Assembly (NCBI GenBank): GCA_045628945.1
Contig: JAZQQG010000046.1
Span: 9,877-73,876 of the forward strand
From: Lachnospiraceae bacterium
Lineage (GTDB): Bacteria; Bacillota; Clostridia; Lachnospirales; Lachnospiraceae
DNA length: 64,000 nt
Direction: 5' to 3'
The translations under genes and the position numbers were made by a program. The first letter of the stretch is position 1. Every line of letters starts with the position of its first letter. Shown piece by piece: positions 19,622 through 28,782 of this stretch. The notes below the pieces were generated by a model that saw nothing but the letters and a program-made list of their open reading frames with translations, was not told the origin of the DNA and did no database searches.

Positions 19622-20196
19622 TATCTTACTACCTTCGTATTGTATCGATTCATTGCATCATCGGTTCGATCGGACATCATGAGGAGTAAAGCCTCCATGG
19701 CATTGGCAATCGCCTCATCCAGATTCTTTTTGTCCTCACCGGCAAAATGACCAAGCACCCAATCCTTCAGATCGAACTGCTTCGGCTTCTCACCCACACC
19801 CATTTTAATGCGGGAAAAGCCTTCCGTGCCCAGATGAAGAATAATGTTCTTCAAGCCGTTATGCCCGCCGGCACTCCCCTTCTTACGAATGCGAATCTGA
19901 CCGGGATCCAGACTGATATCATCACTGATGACAATCACTTCCTCCTCCGAATCGAGATGATAGTAATCCACGATTTCCCGAAGGCTCTCTCCGCTCAGAT
20001 TCATATAGGTCTGGGGTTTTGCAAGGATAACCTTCTGCCCGTCAATAACGCCCTTCCCGATGATTGCCTTATGCTTCTTCTCCGACACACTGATTCCATA
20101 TTTCGCCGCCAGTGCGTCAATCAGCATAAAGCCAACATTATGTCTTGTATTCTCATACTCTTTGCCGGGATTTCCCAGGCCTGCAATTAAGTACAT
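19621..20196 (-). CDS. pth: Peptidyl-tRNA hydrolase
   Basis: The protein starts MYLIAGLGNPGKEYENTRHNVGF and contains GGHNGLK, both canonical Pth motifs. It has a 1-nt stop/start overlap with mfd. Confidence 0.95.
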   Translation of the reverse strand: MYLIAGLGNPGKEYENTRHNVGFMLIDALAAKYGISVSEKKHKAIIGKGVIDGQKVILAKPQTYMNLSGESLREIVDYYHLDSEEEVIVISDDISLDPGQIRIRKKGSAGGHNGLKNIILHLGTEGFSRIKMGVGEKPKQFDLKDWVLGHFAGEDKKNLDEAIANAMEALLLMMSDRTDDAMNRYNTKVVR

Positions 20197-20226
20197 AGCG
20201 CTCTCCTGTAGCGGTCCTTGCTACTA

Positions 20227-21270
20227 TCAATTCAGGATAGTCTCATAATCGAATGCCCGATAGGTCTCACGAATTCTATTAATGAGTTCTTGATAATTCG
20301 TAGCAGTCACCAAATGATTCTCCGTCTGTATATCTCTAAATAGTAACGAATTAATCTCCGGCGAATAATGAATTACATCTTTGTAATAATCCAGATTGGT
20401 AGTAATCGTTAGCTCATCGATATAACTATACAAACGAACATTTTCATACTGCGTCAATTCTCGAAAAGCCATCTCGATTATCTCCATCGTTTCATCCCAA
20501 TCTTCCTCACTCCTCGATGCCCAGTTCAGAGCACTCATAGGAGGAAAATATAACACAAATTCCGTATTCGGATTCTCAAGAATAAACTTCACAAAATACT
20601 TCTCAATATTCTCTTTCTCGTTTTTCCGCATTTGATCTGTTAAATGCGATTCATAAGGAACAGCTAACTGACTATCATATGCTGCCAAAGCATACTCTCT
20701 GCCATACCGGATCCCTGAATAATCATAGTAGGTCGAAAAATCCATTTTTTCACGACCCTGTATGGTATTCCTTATTCCTCTACGAGCAAACTCTACCGTT
20801 GAGAGATTGAAAATATATTTCCAATCATTTAAATAATTATTGTCGTATAGAAAAAATGGATAATCATAACCTTCGTACCACTCATTCGTTCCGCTTGTTA
20901 ATCGTCCGTAGTTGATTGAGAAAAACATAAGTTTGATATGATCATTATTCGCAAACGCGGTCTCCATCGCTCTTCCATACTCTACCGGATTAGCACCTGG
21001 ATAGATAACCTTAACTGCATCAACATGAAATGCTTCATTGAAATCCGCCAAACTACCATACTCATCATAGGAAGTACCTAACATTACTGCATCGTAATCA
21101 AAATTCCGAAGAATTCCATCATTGATCCAACGATTATCCCCCCATTCATAGCCAAATGATTTCATGGGCTTTCTATAGTGAAAAAAAGGATCCACTACAA
21201 CTATCAACCCTCCCAGGAGAATTGTTGGAATAAATACTATTATCAATTTTATGATTAATTTTTTCATCAC
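20227..21270 (-). CDS. Membrane-anchored DltD-like / SGNH-like accessory protein (predicted extracytoplasmic acyl-transfer partner of the MBOAT)
   Basis: It has a single N-terminal TM (LIIKLIIVFIPTILLGGLIVVV) and a candidate Ser block (VMLGTSYDEY). A C-terminal Asp-x-x-His (KDVIHYSP) resembles that of DltD. It has a 1-nt overlap with the MBOAT gene. The assignment rests on motifs and context only. Confidence 0.5.
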   Translation of the reverse strand: MMKKLIIKLIIVFIPTILLGGLIVVVDPFFHYRKPMKSFGYEWGDNRWINDGILRNFDYDAVMLGTSYDEYGSLADFNEAFHVDAVKVIYPGANPVEYGRAMETAFANNDHIKLMFFSINYGRLTSGTNEWYEGYDYPFFLYDNNYLNDWKYIFNLSTVEFARRGIRNTIQGREKMDFSTYYDYSGIRYGREYALAAYDSQLAVPYESHLTDQMRKNEKENIEKYFVKFILENPNTEFVLYFPPMSALNWASRSEEDWDETMEIIEMAFRELTQYENVRLYSYIDELTITTNLDYYKDVIHYSPEINSLLFRDIQTENHLVTATNYQELINRIRETYRAFDYETILN

Positions 21271-22793
21271 TAAAATCCTGCATAAATAAAGTTGCTAACT
21301 GATCCCAAAATAGTAAATGCAACAGACAATACCACAACCCAGTAAATGCACCAACGTAGCAACAACGGTTTGGTATTTATCACCTCAACGGTCTTTCGTC
21401 CGGAATACAAAATATACTCCTCAAACACCATATTAATCACAGCAATGAGCAATAATATGACACCTAACACGCCACCAAATCCCATCAACGAAACTCCATG
21501 CATATGAATCGTTGAATAGAGCCCCATTGGTGAGAGGCTTACATGATTTGAGAAAATGCAACGCAACACCCGAATTCCCGATGCAATGGATTCCGCTTTA
21601 AAAAAGACAAAACCAACTGTAAGCAACAGAATTGTTCGAATAACACGAAAAGCATCAAACCACACCTTTTTCTCCAGATGAAAGCGTTGCCGCAAGGTTG
21701 CAAAGAATGGTTCCATAATCTGCCCCATTACAATGATAAACCAGAACCACAAACCTTCGCCCAGAACATATTTCCAATCACTTCCATGCCAGATGCCCAT
21801 TGCAGTCCACACAAAAAACATTGCAATATAGGAAGGCACTTTTTTTCCTTGCTTTTTACCAAAGATTTTCTTCGCTCTTGTTCCAACCGCTATCAAAAAG
21901 CGTGACTTCAATAGCGGATTCATAATATAGTCGCGTAAAAAACTACCTAAAGTAATATGCCAACGATTCCAAAACTCTCGAACATTTTTAGACAACAACG
22001 GCGCATCAAAATTCTCCGTTAATGTAATCCCCATACATTGGGAAATTCCGATAACGATATCCATGCATCCAGAAAAATCCGCATACAACACAAAGAGATA
22101 CAAAACAGCAGACATCGCTACCCATACCCCATTGTATTCGGAAGGATTATAGAAAATCGCATCCACCAAAATTGCCAACCGACCGGCCACCAAGAGTTTC
22201 TTGCACAGTCCCCAAGCTGTACGTTTTAGACCGTTAACAACTCTTGCATATTCAAATCGATGTTCCGCGAACAGTTGCGCTCCCAGTTGCCCATGCCGCG
22301 AGATAGGTCCGGAAATCATCTGCGGGAAGAAAATCATATACAGAAGTAATTTCAACGGATTATTTTCACTTATCGTTACACTCCAATAAACATCCAAAAG
22401 ATAGGAAATCATCTGAAGTGTATAGAAACTAATTGCAAACGGAGCAACAAAATGGACATGCTGTATTTTGGTCTTGGGCCAAAAAAGTCTAATTGTATCT
22501 ATTCCTAGATTTGTATATTTCAAAATCGCCAAAATAGCTATGTTGGTTATGAGTATCGCTACTACAACCAGTTTTTTGTGCCTTGAACTCTCTTTTGAAA
22601 TATAATGCGCTCCCCAATAAGTACTCAACCAACCAATTGCCACGTATATCAATGCGTAAAAAGGGCAGTTTAGGATATAGAATCCTATACTACCCCCTAG
22701 TAACATAATCCATTGTAGCGATTTTGGAACAATCAGATAAAGAACCAAAAAAGCAAACAATACGATATAAAACAAGCAAGATGTAATCTCCAT
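21270..22793 (-). CDS. MBOAT-family membrane-bound O-acyltransferase (DltB/AlgI-like)
   Basis: 507-aa polytopic protein. The conserved His region is FWNRWHITLGSFLRDYI, compared with FW(R)RWHISL in DltB/AlgI. Confidence 0.88.
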   Translation of the reverse strand: MEITSCLFYIVLFAFLVLYLIVPKSLQWIMLLGGSIGFYILNCPFYALIYVAIGWLSTYWGAHYISKESSRHKKLVVVAILITNIAILAILKYTNLGIDTIRLFWPKTKIQHVHFVAPFAISFYTLQMISYLLDVYWSVTISENNPLKLLLYMIFFPQMISGPISRHGQLGAQLFAEHRFEYARVVNGLKRTAWGLCKKLLVAGRLAILVDAIFYNPSEYNGVWVAMSAVLYLFVLYADFSGCMDIVIGISQCMGITLTENFDAPLLSKNVREFWNRWHITLGSFLRDYIMNPLLKSRFLIAVGTRAKKIFGKKQGKKVPSYIAMFFVWTAMGIWHGSDWKYVLGEGLWFWFIIVMGQIMEPFFATLRQRFHLEKKVWFDAFRVIRTILLLTVGFVFFKAESIASGIRVLRCIFSNHVSLSPMGLYSTIHMHGVSLMGFGGVLGVILLLIAVINMVFEEYILYSGRKTVEVINTKPLLLRWCIYWVVVLSVAFTILGSVSNFIYAGF

Positions 22794-22804
22794 GATTATT
22801 CCAC

Positions 22805-23062
22805 CTAAATTCTGCTTAAAATAATATCAACCATCTCACCTACATTTTTCATGGTGTTCACTTCTCCCATGTTAAACTTTATGCCGAAACATTTCTCGAT
22901 TGCAACGACAAGATTGATATGTTCAAGACTATCCCAGTCTTCGATATCATTGGAAGTTGTCTCATCGGATACACAAATATCCTCGTCATCAAATACTTCT
23001 CGAAACACTTCATTTAACTTAACATACAATTCTTCTCTACTCATTTGACTCCTCATTTCCAA
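22805..23062 (-). CDS. Acyl/peptidyl carrier protein (DltC-like size)
   Basis: The phosphopantetheine-site motif is IEDWDSLEHINLVVAIE (the Ser of DSL). The likely true start is the ATG at 23044 (GAGGAG RBS, 79 aa), which overlaps the FkbH-like stop by 8 nt. Confidence 0.8.
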   Translation of the reverse strand: MEMRSQMSREELYVKLNEVFREVFDDEDICVSDETTSNDIEDWDSLEHINLVVAIEKCFGIKFNMGEVNTMKNVGEMVDIILSRI

Positions 23063-24827
23063 TTACATCGTTTTTGTTCACGTATTTTACTGGAATGGTG
23101 TATTCCCATTCCCGATTACCATTCTCATCTTCACGAACCAACGCAAAACCCTGATCCAAATAAAAGTCTCGCACCATACCGTTTTTCGCAGTCGGATAAT
23201 AGTAACCAATGATTTTGTCGATTCCATTTTTCTTACACGCTTGAACCAATGCATCCATCATCGCGTATTCCATATTGCGTTTCAACACGCGACAACTCAT
23301 AAGCCATAACTCAACATGACAACATGCTCCGTCTTTTCGTCCTATCACAACCGAAACCAATCCATTATCACCAAACTTATCCGACAAGCGCCCGCTCAAA
23401 GTGATATACTGTGGATTTTCAGCAATTGCCTCGATTTCTGCTTGCGTATAGCGCTTCGTTGTAAGATTAAACTGATTGCTCTTATTTGTCAGCTGTGCAA
23501 TGCGCGACATATAGAGTTCCTTAAACGGTTCTATCACGCCCTTCATCTGCAGTGATAACAGATAATCACGATAGTCCGTAAAACTCGCTTCCAGTCTAGC
23601 TCTTTCCGCATTATCCTTGTACATCTTATTTCGGCCCAGATCGTCTGCAGAGAGATTCGTTACCTCAAAGAAACCGCTTCTGTCAATTGTTTGAATATAA
23701 TTTTGAGGAGCATCCAGATACGGAGCTCTAACACCCGGAAGCTGTGCAACAACAATCTCACGTTCCGCAGGATTGTCGTCCAAAAAGACCAAACTCTCCG
23801 GTAATAAACTAAGTTCCCTTGCAATTGCAGCAAAATTACGATCCTTAGGTTCCCAATTTGCTTTTATTACAACAAAATCATCCGGCTTTAATACTCCATC
23901 CGGATGATTTAATCCGGCTATTGCATTCTCCTCTTCATTTTTCGAATCAATATTTAATACGATTCCCAGATCCTTATGCGCCTTAATATACTGCTGGATT
24001 TCAGTATAAACCTGCCCTTCAGACTCTTCCGGTCCGATTGCAAGATTATTTACTCCGTCGTCTCCAACGATTCCACCCCATAACGTATTATCCAGATCAC
24101 AGACAAATCCCTTTTTGTTTTTACCAAAAATAGACTTGATTATATTTGAAATATTAAACGACAGATACGGAATTGCAGACACATTCAACGCATATTTATA
24201 CATATGCCAGTAGAAAGGTTCCTGCCATTTCTTTAAGCCATAATCTGCAGAAATATAATTAATATCACAAATATAGAAGTTATTATGCGTCTGCGCATAA
24301 CGATAAAATTCTTGATTGATTCTACTTAGAAAATTCGTCGCACCATGAATATCACTCGCATCTCGATTCCCTAACAGGCGATAGAATGGCATCTCAAAAT
24401 TATTCTGAACAATTGGGCAACGATAGGTCTGTGACAGGCGGTTCCACATCGCCACAAATCGGTCCACTTCCGCATGAAGTAGATTCTCTATCACATCCTC
24501 GCTATCCTGAATTGTCGGATAGGTTGTAATATTACGATTGGTTGTATGTACATAAATAATATCCGGTGCAAAGTCTTCTAACTCTGGATTCGGAAACATT
24601 GCATCTTGATAATAACGATTATACTCAGACTCGTAGAATGACGGTTTGATTCCATAATCTAAGAGAAACAATTCCAAAATTTGTTTAATGTTACTGGTTG
24701 TTGATCCTCCCAAAATAGCAATCTTTTTCTCAATGAAAGAAGAACCACTTTCCAATAATACTCTTCTAATTTTCTTTTTATTAGCCAAAATGTAATCTGC
24801 ATCAAATGGATACTGTAATTCTTTCAC
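23037..24827 (-). CDS. FkbH-like HAD-IIIC phosphatase / acyl-loading enzyme
   Basis: The HAD motif I is FVCDLDNTLWGGIVGDDG, followed by SKNEEENA and VFLDDNPAEREIV. The C-terminal acyltransferase-like half contains LMSCRVLKR. The 596-aa architecture matches FkbH-type proteins. Confidence 0.8.
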   Translation of the reverse strand: MKELQYPFDADYILANKKKIRRVLLESGSSFIEKKIAILGGSTTSNIKQILELFLLDYGIKPSFYESEYNRYYQDAMFPNPELEDFAPDIIYVHTTNRNITTYPTIQDSEDVIENLLHAEVDRFVAMWNRLSQTYRCPIVQNNFEMPFYRLLGNRDASDIHGATNFLSRINQEFYRYAQTHNNFYICDINYISADYGLKKWQEPFYWHMYKYALNVSAIPYLSFNISNIIKSIFGKNKKGFVCDLDNTLWGGIVGDDGVNNLAIGPEESEGQVYTEIQQYIKAHKDLGIVLNIDSKNEEENAIAGLNHPDGVLKPDDFVVIKANWEPKDRNFAAIARELSLLPESLVFLDDNPAEREIVVAQLPGVRAPYLDAPQNYIQTIDRSGFFEVTNLSADDLGRNKMYKDNAERARLEASFTDYRDYLLSLQMKGVIEPFKELYMSRIAQLTNKSNQFNLTTKRYTQAEIEAIAENPQYITLSGRLSDKFGDNGLVSVVIGRKDGACCHVELWLMSCRVLKRNMEYAMMDALVQACKKNGIDKIIGYYYPTAKNGMVRDFYLDQGFALVREDENGNREWEYTIPVKYVNKNDVIGNEESNE

Positions 24828-25552
24828 TCTTTGACCTCATGTTTAACTACAATATTCTGTCCTGTGAATTCATTTGCATCTTCAATCAACGGAAGAAGAG
24901 CTTCAACGGTCTCCTCAACAGAGAGGTTCACCCCTCCCGGCTGTTTTGCCGCATTTTGTTCAATAATAAGGCTCGGAATCTCCGAGAGAAACTTCGTTTC
25001 CATCATTTCCGGGGATATTCCATTAACTGTAATCCCTTTCTCAGCATATTCTACAGCCACCGCTTTCATTAGTCCCAAAAGAGCATACTTGACTGTTACA
25101 TAGGAAGATTGATATTTAGGCGGTATTCCATCTGTATATGCCGTTAGCATCAACACCACTTTTCCAAAATGTTTCTTAGTCATTTGTGGAATAATATATT
25201 CAAGCAACAGCGTTGCCGATCTGACTGAAATGTTCCATCCTAAATCATAATTTGACCAAACATCTTTATGAAACTGCAAATTGTATGCCTTTGGAGCGGG
25301 CAAGTGTACAAAGTGTGTCGGAACCAACTCTCTCTCTTTCAACATCTGAATAAATCTCTCTGTCTCCATCAAAGAGGAAAAGTCCGCCTGAATCGAAATA
25401 ACATTGCGATATTGTGAAATCAATGCATCCCACTCAGGATCCGGTGTTCTGTATTGAAGAATAATGGTTCCGAATTTCGCCGCCACCCTCTTTAATAAGC
25501 ACTTACCAATATCAGAAGATGCTCCGGTTATTAGAAGTGTTCTATTATCCAT
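24824..25552 (-). CDS. Short-chain dehydrogenase/reductase (SDR), ketoacyl-reductase-like
   Basis: The cofactor motif is TGASSDIGK and the catalytic region is SSYVTVKYAL (YxxxK). It has a 4-nt ATGA overlap with the FkbH-like gene. Confidence 0.85.
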   Translation of the reverse strand: MDNRTLLITGASSDIGKCLLKRVAAKFGTIILQYRTPDPEWDALISQYRNVISIQADFSSLMETERFIQMLKERELVPTHFVHLPAPKAYNLQFHKDVWSNYDLGWNISVRSATLLLEYIIPQMTKKHFGKVVLMLTAYTDGIPPKYQSSYVTVKYALLGLMKAVAVEYAEKGITVNGISPEMMETKFLSEIPSLIIEQNAAKQPGGVNLSVEETVEALLPLIEDANEFTGQNIVVKHEVKE

Positions 25553-25562
25553 TTACAATCTC

Positions 25563-25994
25563 CTATTCAAGAAATCCGGTCGTCAACAATCCGCGTAAAA
25601 CTTTTTTCCCTAATTGATTATGGATTTCTACCTTCACGACCATCTGCTTTACTGACTCGTGTAATTCTTTTACAGTTCCAACAACCGTGAGACAATCTCC
25701 CACGTAAACCGGGGAGACAAACTTAGTCTCTACTTGCTGAATAATACAGTATTTGCCAGGCAAATATACCCCGCCCAGTTGTGAAATCAACGAGGCCGTA
25801 AGCATCCCATATACCACCTTGCCGCTAAAACCATAATTTCTTGCAAAATTCTCATCGGTATGAAGCAGATTCGTATCTCCTGATAATTCACAAAAGCTCT
25901 TCATTTTATCTTCTGTGATAGCAACAGTAAACTGTTCCGTCTTCCCAATTTGCAATTGTTCGAAGGTGTATTCATTCATCGCATATTTCCCCAT
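25563..25994 (-). CDS. MaoC-like (hotdog-fold) dehydratase
   Basis: 143 aa. SGDTNLLHTDENFA matches the MaoC dehydratase active-site region (D-x4-H). It is the first gene of the cassette, and an extended -10 (TGATATAAT on the minus strand) lies upstream. Confidence 0.8.
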   Translation of the reverse strand: MGKYAMNEYTFEQLQIGKTEQFTVAITEDKMKSFCELSGDTNLLHTDENFARNYGFSGKVVYGMLTASLISQLGGVYLPGKYCIIQQVETKFVSPVYVGDCLTVVGTVKELHESVKQMVVKVEIHNQLGKKVLRGLLTTGFLE

Positions 25995-26074
25995 AATTAG
26001 TTGTAATTATATCAAAAAAAGCCAACAATATCCATAGATTATTCCAACAAAACTCTACATTCCTTCCTTGAATA

Positions 26075-26110
26075 GACAAAAAGGCCACCCACATAACATG
26101 GGTGACCTTT
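26075..26110 (-). terminator. Intrinsic terminator after glgD
   Basis: Minus-strand RNA is AAAGGUCACCCA-UGUUAUG-UGGGUGGCCUUU followed by UUGUCUAUU. It lies about 20 nt downstream of the glgD stop. Confidence 0.7.
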
Positions 26111-26128
26111 ATAACCTTTTGATAATCC

Positions 26129-27247
26129 TTACAGAATGTAACGATCTGCGTCGTTGGCCAGGATACGGATACCATCTTCGCCCTTCAGCACAGCGCCGGC
26201 ATCAATCGTAGAATGGCTCTCGATAATGCAGTTCTCGATTACCGCATTGTCGTTAATGTAGACATCGTTCAGGATGATACTGTTCTTAATGGTTACATTG
26301 TTGCCAACGTATACTTTTTTGAACAGAACCGAACCCTCAACCGAACCGTTTACGATGGAACCGCTGGCTACCAGAGAGTTGCGAACCTTCGAGCCGACAT
26401 TGTACTTGGCAGGAGGAAGGTCATCCACCTTGGAGTAAATATCGGGATACTGATGGAAGAAGTAGTCGCGAATCTCAGGCTTTAAGAAGTCCATATTGGT
26501 CTCGAAGTAATCCTCTGCGGACGCAATATTGCGCCAGTAGTCGGTAATCTTATAACCATTGATCTGCTTAACATCCTTGTAACGAATCAGGATGTCTTTT
26601 ACGAAATCATAGCGGTCTTCCTTGGCACTCTCCTCAATCAATTCGATGAGCTGACGACGACGAATGACATAGATACCGCAGGAAATCGTGTTATGCTTGG
26701 CAGCAATGGGCTTCTCCTCGAATTCAACGATACGACCGGCATCGTCCAACTTTAAGGTGCCGTAACGCTTCACATCAAAGTTCTCATCCACATCGCGGCA
26801 TACAACGGTAACGTCTGCCTTCTTCTCGATGTGATCCTCCAGAAGCTTGTTGTAATCCATCTTATATACGCAGTCACCGGAAGCGATGATTACATAGGGC
26901 TCATGACTCTCCTTTAAGAAAGATAAGTTCTGATAGATGGCATCTGCGGTTCCGCGATACCAGTTGCTGTTCTCGCTGGTAACGGCGGGAGTGAATACGA
27001 ATAATCCACCCTGCTTACGTCCGAAATCCCACCACTTGGAGGAACTTAAATGCTCCGTTAAGCTGCGGGCATTATACTGGGTAAATACGGCAACCTTCTG
27101 CACATGCGAGTTGCTCATATTGCTCAGGGCAAAATCAATACTGCGGTAACTTCCGGCGATAGGCATTGCGGAGATCGCACGCTTAGCGGACAGTTCACGC
27201 ATTCTGTGGTTATTACCACCTGCAAGAATAATACCGATTGCTCTCAT
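26129..27247 (-). CDS. glgD: Glucose-1-phosphate adenylyltransferase, GlgD (regulatory) subunit
   Basis: 372 aa. It has a nucleotidyltransferase fold without the full GlgC active-site glycine loop (ILAGGNNHRM), plus a C-terminal left-handed beta-helix. It lies directly downstream of glgC with a 1-nt overlap. Confidence 0.88.
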   Translation of the reverse strand: MRAIGIILAGGNNHRMRELSAKRAISAMPIAGSYRSIDFALSNMSNSHVQKVAVFTQYNARSLTEHLSSSKWWDFGRKQGGLFVFTPAVTSENSNWYRGTADAIYQNLSFLKESHEPYVIIASGDCVYKMDYNKLLEDHIEKKADVTVVCRDVDENFDVKRYGTLKLDDAGRIVEFEEKPIAAKHNTISCGIYVIRRRQLIELIEESAKEDRYDFVKDILIRYKDVKQINGYKITDYWRNIASAEDYFETNMDFLKPEIRDYFFHQYPDIYSKVDDLPPAKYNVGSKVRNSLVASGSIVNGSVEGSVLFKKVYVGNNVTIKNSIILNDVYINDNAVIENCIIESHSTIDAGAVLKGEDGIRILANDADRYIL

Positions 27248-28527
27248 TACTGATCCCCTCCCTTGATAATAGATTTACCGCTGGCAAGCCAGTTATTGGG
27301 ATAATCCTCGGGAGTCGTCTCGCCAAAGATTACGGTATTCTTACCGACTGCTACATTGTCGGGGATAATCGACTTCTCACCGATACATACAAGGCCGTCG
27401 GTGTAGATTCTGGAGTCATATTCACTGACAGCTTCCTCACCGGTACCGATGTTACAGTTCTTACCAACCACTACGTTCTCGGCGATAATAGCCTTATTCA
27501 GAACCGTTCCCGCACCGATTACGGTGTTGTTCATAATAATGGAGTCACGAACAACAGCGCCCTTTTCGATGGTAACATTGCATCCGATAACGGAGCTGTA
27601 TACCTCACCGTAGATGGAACTTGCCTCACCGATAATACACTTCTCAACGGTGCTGTCCGCAGAAATGTACTGAGGAGGAAGTGCATCGGATTTCGTGTAG
27701 ATCTTCCAATATTCCTCGTATAAGTTGAACTCGGGAACGATATCGATTAACTCCATATTCGCTTCCCAGTAAGAATGTAAGGTTCCTACATCCTTCCAGT
27801 ATCCGTTGAATTCGTATGCATACAAAGCACATCCGTTGTCCTTGCAGTAAGGGATGATATGCTTACCAAAATCCAGATTCGGCTGCTCTGCCATTGCACG
27901 GAGGGAATCTCTTAACGTCTTCCAGTTGAAGATATAGATACCCATACTTGCAAGGTTGCCGTGAGGATTCTCCGGCTTCTCTTCAAATTCTACAATCTGA
28001 CGCTTCTCGTCAGTAATAACGATACCGAAACGCTTTGCCTCTTCAATCGGAACAGGCATCGCTGCAATGGTAACGTCCGCTTTGTTCTGCTTATGGAAAT
28101 CCAGCATTACCTCATAGTCCATCTTGTAGATGTGGTCACCGGACAGAATCAGGACATAATCCGGATTAAAGCTGTCCATATAATCAATATTCTGGTAGAT
28201 TGCATTCGCAGTACCGGTATACCAGTCCGTGTTCTCAATCTTCTCGTAAGGAGGCAATACGGTTACACCACCTACGTTACGGTCAAGATCCCAAGGAATA
28301 CCGATTCCGATATGTGTATTTAACTTCAGAGGCTGATACTGGGTCAGAACACCGACGGTATCCACTCCGGAGTTGATACAGTTACTTAAGGGGAAATCAA
28401 TAATACGATATTTTCCACCAAAAGATACTGCCGGCTTCGCCATCTTCGAAGTCAGGACGCCTAATCTGCTGCCTTGTCCACCGGCAAGAAGCATGGCGAT
28501 CATCTCTTTCTTAATCATTCTATTCAC
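27247..28527 (-). CDS. glgC: Glucose-1-phosphate adenylyltransferase
   Basis: [38 protein letters not shown] is the canonical GlgC N-terminus. 426 aa. Confidence 0.95.
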   Translation of the reverse strand: MNRMIKKEMIAMLLAGGQGSRLGVLTSKMAKPAVSFGGKYRIIDFPLSNCINSGVDTVGVLTQYQPLKLNTHIGIGIPWDLDRNVGGVTVLPPYEKIENTDWYTGTANAIYQNIDYMDSFNPDYVLILSGDHIYKMDYEVMLDFHKQNKADVTIAAMPVPIEEAKRFGIVITDEKRQIVEFEEKPENPHGNLASMGIYIFNWKTLRDSLRAMAEQPNLDFGKHIIPYCKDNGCALYAYEFNGYWKDVGTLHSYWEANMELIDIVPEFNLYEEYWKIYTKSDALPPQYISADSTVEKCIIGEASSIYGEVYSSVIGCNVTIEKGAVVRDSIIMNNTVIGAGTVLNKAIIAENVVVGKNCNIGTGEEAVSEYDSRIYTDGLVCIGEKSIIPDNVAVGKNTVIFGETTPEDYPNNWLASGKSIIKGGDQ

Positions 28528-28782
28528 TCCCTTTTTTGTCTTTCATCATACACTCGCCCATAACAGAGTATACTGTTCAGTAATTATAACACATCACTGT
28601 GCGAAAGTGAATATTTTTACAAAAAAGAATCGAATTTTCGTAATTTTTTGTTAATATTTCACACAGCGCTTTTTCGGAAGATTCCGTCCCGAAAAGTGTT
28701 CCTTTTTACCTTATAAAAGAGTATAATATTTCCTGGTTGTTCTTCGACCGCATTCTATGTCATATTTCAAAAGGATAATACC

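Noticed and set aside
25972-26175. A 67-aa minus-strand ORF spanning the glgD-cassette intergenic region
   Set aside because: It overlaps the glgD 3' end, the glgD terminator and the MaoC-like gene start, and it has no RBS.
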